A DNA stretch of 39,223 bases from Nemertoderma westbladi. Lineage: Eukaryota; Animalia; Xenacoelomorpha. The DNA lies in NCBI GenBank assembly GCA_032718475.1, contig JAUCBJ010009054.1:1-39223 (forward strand), given 5' to 3'. Positions within the stretch are counted from its first letter, which is position 1. Every line of letters begins with the position of its first letter. The position numbers and the translations under genes were made by a program. This document shows, one piece after another, positions 26,305-36,010 of the stretch. The notes under the pieces are model-generated. The model was not told where the DNA came from, ran no database searches, and was given only the letters and a program-made list of their open reading frames with translations.

Positions 26305-29300
26305 GTGAGTCTAATTTACCGATATTATTAATAATGTTCCAGGGTCAGGAGATATCTGCTCACGTGTACGTACATGTCACTGAACATTTACTTAATTGCA
26401 TTTCAACACACATTTTTATTGGATTTATTACTTCTATTTGATTGTTTTATTTATTTCACTTTTCTCCTTTTATTTTTTTATTTTCTATTTAAATGGATTT
26501 GCATTGAGCATCCATCGTAAGTGCGGTTAAGATTATTATCAAGCTACTGTATGTACAGTACAGTAGGTTCGTTTATCGTTATATTTATATTGCCGCCTAC
26601 TACTTTCACCTACCGTGAGTGATGAAATTTGTTAACCTTTCAATCTGCCTATATACATATATACCGTATATATAGGCCTACTGTACATGGTCATTTAGGG
26701 GAAGATAAATACATCAACAACAAACATCAATTATGAAACATGTGGATTACTTCAGGTTGTTAAAGGTCCCTAGGACAGTTCCTGTTATATACTGTATGGT
26801 TATAAAGTATAATTTTATTGCATTCCCTTCCCTTTATTTACAGGTCGGGATGCCATACTAAACGCGGATATTATTCCAGGTCTTGCCCGTCTCCTTGGAG
26901 ACAAAGAGGATATAGTCAGACGAAATGTCCATCTTTGTTTCGAAATGATGTCTGAGATACCGTACGGTGCATTGGGTGAGTCGAATCCATTTCGGGTGCT
27001 GAAATAATTACTCATTTAATCGAACACAGGGAGGTGCTGGTATTATGTTTTATTTCATGTGTTCATTACTTTCGTATATTGTATCGGTTAGTTAGTATAT
27101 AGATCTCCACTGTCTGCATGCAACCTTACCATTTTCTCTTTAATTACAAAATTCATTTATTCATAATTATTAATAATTATTATAGTATATATTTTATCGT
27201 ATATAGTTAGTTATATTTATATTTTTAATAACTATAACATGTCGTAAAACTTTAGTTTAGCAGGCCTAATCTAACCAATGAATGATGACCAATCATTTGA
27301 ATTATTTTAATCTAACCAATGAATGATGACCAATCATTTGAATTATTTTGATCTAACCAATGAATGATGACCAATCATTTGAATTATTATAATCTAACCA
27401 ATGAATGATGACCAATCATTTGAAATATTTTGATCTAACCAATGAATGATGGCCAATCATTTGAATCATTATTCATGTTGGATGATTAATATAAGCTGTT
27501 ACAGTTATTATTATAATAAACTTTATTATATTTTCATCTCCAGGTATTGTTCTAAACAGTCTAGTTACGCCGCTTGTTAAGAAACTCAGCACTGAGTTAG
27601 ACGAAATAAAACTGCTGATATTAAACTCACTTCATTTCGCAATGATGGTGGACACGGATGATGCACTGCAGTGTGGCGCCATGCAGGTTAGCTAATGGGG
27701 CGAGCCAGTAAGTGAGCGCGGCGTCGTAGTGCAGGTTAGGTAATGGGGCGAGCCAATAAGTGAGAACGGCGTTGTAGTGCATGTAAGGGAATGGGGCGAG
27801 CCAGTAAGTGAGAGCGGCGTCGTAGTGCAGGTAAAGTAGTGGGGCGAGCCAATAAGTGAGAACGGCGTCGTTGTGCAGGTAAGGTAGTGCGGCGAGCCTG
27901 TAACTGAGAACGGCGTCGTAGTGCAGGTAAGGTAATGGGGCGTGTTCGCGCTTTTAGACCTTTAACAGTTTAACCTGCTAATTTATGTGTCTTATAATGC
28001 CTGACAGCCCATACTAAATGTGAACACAGTAGAAGCCAGTCTAGCGCGGCGTATAACCCACAGTGTGGGAGACTAGATTCTATAAGCGGGAGTGGGATAC
28101 GCTACTTTGTATTATTCAATTGTTCTCTACTATATAATCTCCAAAAACGATGTTTATTTTCAGTTAAATACCAACAGTTCCTTTTAAGATGCTGCACTCT
28201 AAATACCAGGCAGAGATATGACATATACTAATTACAACGGGTGGACCTGAGACTGCACAATGTTTACATTCTTTAGGGATGTATAATTATTTGCTTGCAT
28301 TCACACAACTGACAATAGTACTGAAACACACCAATTTGCCGACTGTCACCAATTTAACGATGTCACCAATATAAGGATAATTTAACTAACGTATGTTGGG
28401 GACTATGAAACAGCATAAACTCATACAAACCACTGTTATTTGAACTATGCAATTGTGAATAGTAAACCCCTCCGCTTACCTCAATGATCATGAAAACCAA
28501 GAGATCTACCGGTTACTCGTAAGTATTCTCCAACTATTAGCATTAATCAATATGTAACAAATAGCAGCAGTATTATAACAATATAAACACTATAAATTAC
28601 GCGGTGTGCGGCATTTAAAAATCATCAGTCAGATGTCAGAAAGTTAGGAATGACCGAGAGATAATTCATTGTGTTTGATAACAATCTCTGGCCGTTGGTG
28701 TTACTGGGCACAAAGTCAGGAAGTGAATAAACACTAACACTGATACTGATAGGGCTGCAAGAATATTCTTGCCTCAAGTAGTCCACAAAGCATGAATCAT
28801 ATCGAACGCCGTAGAACGTATGGAACATGCAAGAACTCCCAATCAGGGACCAGTTTCCATGCCATCCACCCGTAACCAATGGATCCGGTAATTTAGTCTA
28901 TGGGGTGATGTAGGAGGGAAAGTATACTGATTGGATGGTGACTAACAAAGAAGAATGTAAACAAAGAGAATAATATCCAATGGCTAGTGATTTCGTAATC
29001 TGAGCATCTGGGTTTCTGTGGAAATCTACGGGAAAGTGTTATACTGAGAATAAACGCTGGAGGGAGTAAGTTTACATCAGTTCATAAAAGTACAAGTTTC
29101 TTAAGAGTTTTTCAAGGGTTTAGAGTAACCAGCGCATTGTGTAAAATGGGGACATTTTGGCCGCAAAAGCTTTAACAGGGCGAGCCAGTAAGTGGGAACG
29201 ACGTCGTAGTGCAGGTAAGGTAATGGGGCGAGTCACTACGTGAGAACGGCGTTGTAGTGCAGATAAGGTAGTGGGGTGAGCCACTAAGTGAGAGCGGCGT

Positions 29301-31651
29301 TTTGCAGGTAATGTAGTTAATATCGCTCGCTCGGTAGTTAATACTTTATTTATTTTATCACGGTCGTCTACATCTATCTGATTTAGGAATTCTACGATCT
29401 ATTAGACCATTCGGACCCTTTGATCCGCAGTCGATCTGCTCGAGACATTATGGATCTCTGTAAACCGTTGGCAGGGAAGGAAGAAGCTCTTGATATAGGT
29501 TGTGTAGAGAAACTATCCGCACTCCTTAAAGACGGCGACACCGAAGTAAGTGCGAGAATGTTTGCGAAATAATAGGCTTACATGATTCGTAAATTTCTGA
29601 TCAATTATCTGTAATAATAATAATCAGTGAATTGTTGTGGGGTGAGTGACGGTTAATTAAGTATATAATGTAATAGGACAATATGAAAATGCTCTCCATA
29701 GCGAAAAATATCAACCGACCCTATTGGGGCTCGAACCCGGTACCTAGGTTTCAAACTTCCCGTTATCATCACCCTAGGTGTGTCCTAAGACCACTGAGCT
29801 ACCAGGACGGGTGAAGGTTTCCTTTAAGTAAATAGTTGGCCTAAATATGATATCCCACTCCATATCGAATCCTTCTCCCGTCCTGGTAGCTCAGTTGTCT
29901 TAGGACACACACACCCGGTAGATGATAACCGGAATTTTGAAACCTAGGTCCCGGGTTCGAGCCCCAATAGGGTCGGTTGATATTTTACGCTATGGAGAGT
30001 ATTATCATATTGTCCTATTACATTAATTATCTGTAATAGGCCTATCATTAGTTTCTTGAAGTCATTCAATTTTATTAAAATTTCCATAACGTGGAACCAA
30101 GGTAACTTTGGAAACATAATGGAAGGGTTTACAGTGGAAGACAGACAATCAGACATTCACTAGTGGCTGAATATACAGTAGTTAATAAGCCTAAAAACCT
30201 TTTTTTATTACCATAAACAGGTAATTCCATCAAACCAAATGATTAACGGACATTGTTATTATTGTTACATTCCTGTTCGTGCCTTTTTTACAATATCTTT
30301 CAAATATATAATAATAATATCCCAACATAGAGTGAGAGTGTAGCCGTGGGTTTATTTTATTACCTACACGTAAAGTATTTTACAAGCCTGCCATCTCATA
30401 TTTAATTTATTTTTTTATTATTATCTTAGGTGAAAGCGAAATCAGCTGGCGCTATTGGGATGATCGCGATAACAACGGACGGTAAATATCGCGCCCTAAA
30501 GAACAACGTTATAGACCTCCTGATACCGCTGGTTGACCACGAGAATTCCGAGGTGAGTCACCAATGAGCCACTAAGGGCCACGAGAATTCCGAGGTGAGT
30601 CGCCAATGAGCCACTAAGGGCCACGAGAATTCCCAGGTGAGTCGCCAATGAGCCACTAAGGGCCACGAGAATTCCGAGGTGAGTCGCCAATGAGCCACTA
30701 AGGGCCACGAGAATTCCGAGGTGAGTCGCCAATGAGCCACTAAGGGCCACGAGAATTCCGAGGTGAGTCGCCAATGAGCCACTAAGGGCCACGAGAATTC
30801 CGAGGTGAGTCGCCAATGAGCCACTAAGGGCCACGAGAATTCCCAGGTGAGTCGCCAATGAGCCACTAAGGGCCACGAGAATTCCGAGGTGAGTCGCCGA
30901 TGAGCCACTAAGGGCCACGAGAATTCCCAGGTGAGTCGCCAATGAGCCACTAAGGGCCACGAGAATTCCCAGGTGAGTCGCCAATGAGCCACTAAGGGCC
31001 ACGAGAATTCCGAAGTTTTAGTTTATAGTTTAGTTTTATAGTTTAGTTTTTAGTTTAGTTTTTAGTTTAGTTTTAGTTTATACTTTTAGTGTTTTTACTT
31101 CCTTAAAAATATTCTAAAAATTTAAATTTCTTCACTTTTCAAATTCGACAATAAAGATTTTTCCCAAAATTATAATTTACAGTTTCACGTCCCTTCACTA
31201 ATTTGTTTCAACTTTGAGTATTAAAACTATATATTAGACGAACTTATTCGCTTTTGATAGAGTACAGCCGTATTTCACGGTAGTTTAAGTGGGAATGGAA
31301 TGTGAGTGAACTGAATATTAAAAGGATAAACTGAAAGGGAAATACGGATACTTTATTTACAAAATGTTTGAATTACAATCCCTTTCCGTGGTATATTGGT
31401 GTAAATACAACAGGAATATAGCAAACTTATAGAATGTTTCTATATTAACTGTATTTTTTTCATCCCTATTTTATTTCTAGGTTCGACTCAACAGCATCAA
31501 GACTATAACGTGTTTAGCCGAAGCACCAGAAGGCCGCAAGATGTCGCTCACCAACTGTCTGCATATAATCCAGGGACATCTGGAAGACGAGACAGTTGCG
31601 GTCGCTTACGCTGCCGGTATAGCTGTTAAAGTAATCACCTGGTTGCCATAG
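26007..31651 (+). CDS. RSPH14: Radial spoke head protein 14 homolog (RTDR1; armadillo-repeat protein); join(26007-26304,26844-26975,27544-27686,29387-29545,30430-30552,31481-31651), 341 aa
   Basis: All five introns are GT-AG with consistent phases (1,1,0,0,0); the spliced length is 1026 nt with no internal stop. N-terminus AYGARAIPKLNEEL...QRALRTLCDELHDPE and C-terminus LAEAPEGR...AAGIAVKVITWLP match my recollection of the RSPH14 family; ARM/HEAT-like segments occur throughout. Confidence 0.92.
26844..26975 (+). CDS. RSPH14: RSPH14 coding exon 2
   Basis: Pyrimidine tract + CAG acceptor; (G)RDAILNADIIPGLARLLGDKEDIVRRNVHLCFEMMSEIPYGAL; donor G|GTGAGT. Confidence 0.9.
27268..27470. repeat. 41-bp minisatellite x5 in RSPH14 intron 2
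   Basis: ATCTAACCAATGAATGATGACCAATCATTTGAATTATT units start near 27268, 27309, 27350, 27391 and 27432. Confidence 0.92.
27544..27686 (+). CDS. RSPH14: RSPH14 coding exon 3
   Basis: TTTTCATCTCCAG acceptor; (G)IVLNSLVTPLVKKLSTELDEIKLLILNSLHFAMMVDTDDALQCGAMQ; donor CAG|GTTAGC. Confidence 0.88.
27683..27942. repeat. 48-bp minisatellite spanning the exon 3 donor (left part, ~5.4 copies)
   Basis: GCAGGT(T/A)AGGTAATGGGGCGAGCCA(G/A)TAAGTGAGAACGGCGTCGTAGT units at 27683, 27731, 27779, 27827, 27875 and 27923. Confidence 0.9.
27943..29177 (+). mobile_element. Probable solo LTR (1235 bp), BEL/Pao- or Gypsy-type
   Basis: TGTT...AACA termini with a short imperfect inverted repeat (TGTTcgcGCTTTT / AAAAGCtttAACA) and an exact 5-bp TSD GGGCG (27938-27942, 29178-29182). 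It interrupts the 48-bp array, has no long ORF, and contains TATAAA (28591), TCAGT (28625) and AATAAA motifs. Confidence 0.75.
29178..29317. repeat. 48-bp minisatellite, right part (~3 copies) resuming after the insertion
   Basis: GGGCGAGCCAGTAAGTGGGAACGACGTCGTAGTGCAGGTAAGG... continues in register with the unit broken at 27942. Confidence 0.88.
29387..29545 (+). CDS. RSPH14: RSPH14 coding exon 4
   Basis: TTTAG acceptor; EFYDLLDHSDPLIRSRSARDIMDLCKPLAGKEEALDIGCVEKLSALLKDGDTE; donor GAA|GTAAGT. Confidence 0.9.
29617..30024. mobile_element. Palindromic tRNA-derived (SINE-like) insertion with 14-bp flanking direct repeat
   Basis: Inverted arms at 29666-29817 and 29871-30025 each carry an A-box-like TAGCTCAGT(G/T)GT and B-box GGTTCGAGCCC. 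AATTATCTGTAATA occurs at 29603-29616 and 30025-30038, with a short (TAA)n run at the left end. Confidence 0.75.
30430..30552 (+). CDS. RSPH14: RSPH14 coding exon 5
   Basis: TATCTTAG acceptor; VKAKSAGAIGMIAITTDGKYRALKNNVIDLLIPLVDHENSE; donor GAG|GTGAGT. Confidence 0.9.
30537..31013. repeat. 42-bp minisatellite x11.4 spanning the exon 5 donor
   Basis: CCACGAGAATTCC(G/C)AG|GTGAGTCGCCAATGAGCCACTAAGGG in near-identical copies every 42 bp from 30537 to 30999. Confidence 0.96.
31015..31097. repeat. Low-complexity (T3-5AG)n tract
   Basis: GTTTTAGTTTATAGTTTAGTTTTATAGTTTAGTTTTTAG... directly after the 42-bp array. Confidence 0.8.
31481..31651 (+). CDS. RSPH14: RSPH14 terminal coding exon 6
   Basis: TTTATTTCTAG acceptor; VRLNSIKTITCLAEAPEGRKMSLTNCLHIIQGHLEDETVAVAYAAGIAVKVITWLP, TAG at 31649-31651. 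Confidence 0.92.
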   Translation, partial: VRLNSIKTITCLAEAPEGRKMSLTNCLHIIQGHLEDETVAVAYAAGIAVKVITWLP

Positions 31652-31985
31652 ATGCAACGAATATAAACATTGTGTTGTACCAGACGGTCCTCATTCTATG
31701 TAATATTTTATGTAATAATATTTAATTATGATATCGTATAAATTAAAATTAATATATTCCATTTTATAAATGTTCCAACAATATTGTAGACCTGGTCGAT
31801 ATTTGGAAAATATCTTGTTAAACAATATCAAAATATAGGACAGACCACTCAAATATTTTGACTAATTATGGAACTTAAATTTATGAAAATATAGATTTAA
31901 ATTTAAATGAAATTTATAAAGACTAAAATCATATCCCGAAAAATCTTAACATTAAACAAATCCACATTGTGTTCACTTTCTCCAT

Positions 31986-32227
31986 GGGGGGGGGGGGGGG
32001 GGGGGGGGGGTTGGAGGCGGGGAAATCCGCCTGGCTGCTGCAGGAAAAAAAGGGTTAGGATTACTTGAATGCTAAAAATATTTATTTTACTACCGACTAC
32101 TTGAGATCATAAGTGAGACCTCACGTACTGCGCGAAAGGTACACGAAGATTAACAACTTTTAGCCTTATCTGTAATAATTAACTTCGAAAACATGAATTC
32201 AGTAAGGGGGGGGGGGGGGGGGGGGGG
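31986..32227 (+). repeat. Two poly-G tracts (G25 at 31986-32010; G22 at 32206-32227)
   Basis: Homopolymer runs between the two convergent stop codons; a third (G20) lies at 38465-38484. Confidence 0.9.
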
Positions 32228-32584
32228 TGGGTGGTGGTACATAACGAATGGAAAAGCAGACTTAAAGGGTCAACTGGACACGAATAGAAGGGAATTGAGT
32301 TACTATTTTGCGTAGAAACACTAACCAACTGTAATCAGCTCCTTTCCAATACATGAAAAGTTAACAAAAAAAAAACAAATTTTATAACAATTTATCCTCC
32401 ATTTAATTAAACCCAGTCAAAAGATACACTCTGTGATGAAATCGTTTGCATTGTGTTTATAAAGAGCTGTCCACGTAAAGTTTTATACTGTGAATTCATT
32501 ATGTTATCCCCAAAAAAGAATAAGATACTCAAATTAATTTTAAAGGCATATTAAATAAATATATTCAGTAGTTAACTAATTCTA

Positions 32585-34186
32585 TTAAATAATGTCCATT
32601 GCAAATTCGACCATTTCTACACTATGTAACAAATCGATATCGCTATCATTTGGACTCGGACCGTTACAGTCCGTAGTTTCAGCTGTCACAGATGGAACAG
32701 CTAACTCAGATACCATGTAGTCCGGTAGAGGGCGTTCGTTGGAACGATAGCCTCTGCACTCAGGGTCGAAACACTTCTGGTACCACACACCTCGGTCTAT
32801 CTTCACTACTATAATAACGTTGTTGCTTTTATGGAAACGGGAGATGTTATCGCACCATCTGTTACCGATAATTTCGTAAACAATGAGTTTGTCGTCTGGG
32901 TAACAGTAACGATTCCTTATAGTTCCTTGGACTCCGCCTTTGTTTATAACATTTTCGGTAATGTAAGTTTCCAGTAAACCGAAAGTAAACCCATCGGTAT
33001 TATCATTTCTAGTTCCACTTACGTTGAAAGTATGTTTGTTACATTCTATAGGGATGTTGGTTAGAGTGCTGTGGTGAATTATAGAACTAGAACTATTTGA
33101 TGTTAAGTAAAGTAATTCGTCAGTTGATGATACATTTGTGACCAAAGAGTCTAAGAAAACCAATTTATATTTCAACTCAATTTCATCGCCAATAAACTTT
33201 GGCGGCGATGGACTTTTGAAGATACAACCTTTAGCTAGTAATAAACGATTTGTTTTACCGAATTTGGAACACAAAAACACTCGAAAGTTTCTATTTTTGG
33301 AGTAGACCGACTGGTCAACAAATAACATTTTCTTAGAATTCTCGGAGGCCGAACTTTTAACAACACAGAGGGAATTTAGATGGCAAACATGTATAAAAAT
33401 TTTGTTTAATTTGACTAAATTATGTCGACAATTTATTTCCCGACAAACAAATGACAATGAAAAAGAATTACAACTGGGTGCTGAGCATTTTAAACTTAAT
33501 TCACCTAAATCCGAATCATCCAGATTGTCTCTAGTGTTTAATATATCGGCGTTTAGCAACTTTACAAATTCTCCGCAATGAAAATTGTTTGCAAAAGCTT
33601 TTCCGTTTAAATGAACAACTAAATGTTGGCTGAACTTAAATTCTGTTGTGGAATCCAAACAGAGGATGTTATTTTCAGAACAATCGAGGTAAAACATTTT
33701 GTTTAAATAATGGCATAATATATAGTTGAAATCCTTAACCATTTGTGGTCCGTTACGGTCAGGGTTATCAGGTTTCGAGAATTCCAAATCGAAGTACAAA
33801 TGACAAGGCGATGAGTCAGCTATTATCTCGTAGAAATACGGTGGCTGGTTTGGAGATAAAAGCCACATCTGCCACAAATAACGCCACAGAGATTCATAGG
33901 AAGATACAATGTACCGCCGGTAGGAAATCGGGGGTCTGCCGGGAATGGATCTTCCGACCTCGTAAGCGAATACCGGTAGAACGCCGTTGCTTTCTGCAGT
34001 TCTGGCAAACAGCAGAGCCGGTTGCTGTTTGCTGAACGTTTTATGTAACCATGGTAACCCGCTGTTGTGGTCGGTAATGTTCACTACTTTATTATTTGGG
34101 ATATCCACAGCCACGCTTGTGGATTTTGATTTTAATTCTTGGAGTTTCTGTTTCCACATCAACTTTGTCGCTAATCGTTTTTCCAT
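32585..34186 (-). CDS. PRIMPOL: DNA-directed primase/polymerase (PrimPol, CCDC111), single coding exon, 533 aa
   Basis: AEP motif I (YEII...CHLYFDLEF, DxE), motif II (KFSQHLV, SxH) and motif III (FVDQSVYSKNRNFR...SKFGK); UL52-type zinc finger (WCDNISRFHKSNNV...YQKCFDPEC); acidic C-terminal tail. Confidence 0.95.
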   Translation of the reverse strand: MEKRLATKLMWKQKLQELKSKSTSVAVDIPNNKVVNITDHNSGLPWLHKTFSKQQPALLFARTAESNGVLPVFAYEVGRSIPGRPPISYRRYIVSSYESLWRYLWQMWLLSPNQPPYFYEIIADSSPCHLYFDLEFSKPDNPDRNGPQMVKDFNYILCHYLNKMFYLDCSENNILCLDSTTEFKFSQHLVVHLNGKAFANNFHCGEFVKLLNADILNTRDNLDDSDLGELSLKCSAPSCNSFSLSFVCREINCRHNLVKLNKIFIHVCHLNSLCVVKSSASENSKKMLFVDQSVYSKNRNFRVFLCSKFGKTNRLLLAKGCIFKSPSPPKFIGDEIELKYKLVFLDSLVTNVSSTDELLYLTSNSSSSIIHHSTLTNIPIECNKHTFNVSGTRNDNTDGFTFGLLETYITENVINKGGVQGTIRNRYCYPDDKLIVYEIIGNRWCDNISRFHKSNNVIIVVKIDRGVWYQKCFDPECRGYRSNERPLPDYMVSELAVPSVTAETTDCNGPSPNDSDIDLLHSVEMVEFAMDII

Positions 34187-34753
34187 ATTACAGTATTAAA
34201 AGAAAGACCACGACATAACAAGTGTACGAATAACATGAATAATAAATATAGGCCTACAAGGGTAATACTGTAATATCACATTTGAGGCACGGTGGCAAGA
34301 AATTTTTTGGTCAATTCCCCTATGCCCATGGCGAACCACTTATACTATTTTCAATAGTTTGTTGATTCGGCTATGTCCATGATAATTGTAGTAATAATAA
34401 CAATACTTGATTATCATATATTGCACTGTATTATTGCATATAATTACCTAATTAACTAAAACTGCTAATTAATAAATGCCACAAACTGCAAATTAATTTA
34501 TTATTGTACAAAATGCCACAATTCCTAGAAATATGCACTGTGATACAGTAGTATAATAATTGCTTAATAATAATTTGACTTAAAAAAAACGTACCGGTAC
34601 TAAATATTGATCGATTAATTAAAAATTACTTTGGCCTATACTTATATAAATTTTTTAAAAATTTATTAATTATTAATTACATGAATAATACTTAGTATAA
34701 AACGTCACAACAAATTACCGTACTGTAAAGTAATTCACAACATAATTATATTG

Positions 34754-34948
34754 TAAAATTATTTATTGCCGCAATAATTATTTATTGCCGCAATAACTAT
34801 TTATTGCCGCAATAATTATTTATAGCCGCAATAATTATTTATTGCCGCAATAACTATTTATTGCCGCAATAATTATTTATAGCCGCAATAATTATTTATT
34901 GCCGCAATAATTATTTATTGCCGCAATAATTATTTATTGCCGCAATAA
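34754..34948. repeat. 19-bp minisatellite, ~10 copies, quasi-palindromic
   Basis: (AATAATTATTTATTGCCGC)n; GCAATAA/TTATTGC form an inverted repeat in every period. Confidence 0.93.
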
Positions 34949-35380
34949 CATTTGGACATCTTTTAAATAGGCCTATTCTATTTCATAAGTGATTTAAATA
35001 TTTTCATGAGTGATTTAATTATTTACATACACTATTACTGTATTACTGTATTATATTATTTCAAAGTACTGTGCAGTAATTGTTATGATTTTGATCCATT
35101 TTGAGACGCCATAAATGCATTGAAATGCGCGCCACACGCCGGGTCCTACGAATTACCCAAAAAAAACACAATATTACCCCAAAAAAACACAAAAAAACAC
35201 AAAATAATACAAACGCACACGCCTGCACGGCACGCCCCTGTCACTACGCGCCAGGATCCTCAATGCGCGCCACACGCCCTTGTCTGCCTGTACAGCTGTA
35301 GCTACGCGCCAGGATCATTAATCCGCGCCACACATGTCTGCATGTTGAGCAAACTCTACCTGTCTACATAAATTCCAACC

Positions 35381-35427
35381 TGGCCCGGAACCGGACCCGG
35401 CAAAATGTTCGATCCGGTCGTTTACTA
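35381..35427 (-). mobile_element. Orphan TIR fragment related to the hAT-like MITE at 38306
   Basis: Reverse complement TAGTAAACGACCGGATCGAACATTTTGCCGG resembles TAGGGTTCGACCGGAGCAATTTTTTTTGCCGG. Confidence 0.45.
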
Positions 35428-35441
35428 GGTACAGCGGTAGG

Positions 35442-36010
35442 CAGTCGGGGAGAAGTTCAAATTTCAACTGAGTTGAAATTTAAAACTTTTTTTTTTAAAT
35501 TCAACTTAGAGTTGTAAATTGAACTCTAAAATGGCAGGAGGCCCAGAAGGGCCCAAGCCAAGACGTTACAGAAGGGGTGTTTTTATTGTTTTTATGGGTG
35601 TAACTCGAAAAATCAACCCTTATTACCGATGGCTGGATGAAATAAAAACTTTCACCGTCGGGATTACATTTTTTAAAAACATTTTAAGTGATTACATTTG
35701 CAAATTAGCTGAAATACTACAGGATTTTAGTAGATGTATTATATCACCGCTATATGCACTATGCCAGTATGCAGGATACAGGATATGTCATAATTATTAG
35801 GCCCTATACAATGGAATACCGGTACCAGTAATGGATTCCAATTCCATATTTCAGTATTTCCAAACCTACTCCAAAAGTTGAATTTTTAAAAAAAGTTGAA
35901 TTTTAAACCCATCTCCTGATCTCCAAAAGTTGAATTTTAATAAAAAGTTGAATTTTAAAAAATAAAGTTGAAATTTCAACTCAGTTGAAAATAGAACTTC
36001 TCCCCGACTG
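35442..36010. mobile_element. Non-autonomous TIR element (569 bp) with apparent 13-bp TSD
   Basis: TIR CAGTCGGGGAGAAGTTC..TTTCAACTGAGTTGAAATTT with its reverse complement ending at 36010; subterminal AAAAGTTGAATTTT repeats; flanks GTACAGCGGTAGG / GTACAGTGGTAGG. Confidence 0.85.

Noticed and set aside
29880-29975. Functional tRNA gene
   Set aside because: A and B boxes are present, but the acceptor and anticodon arms do not form a clean cloverleaf by eye, and the sequence is one arm of a larger inverted insertion.
30496-31002. Minus-strand 168-aa and 144-aa repetitive ORFs
   Set aside because: Translations of the 42-bp intronic minisatellite, antisense to RSPH14.
33745-34199. Short ORFs overlapping PrimPol (33745-34035, 33823-34008, 33987-34199)
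   Set aside because: Antisense or alternate-frame shadows of the real coding sequence.
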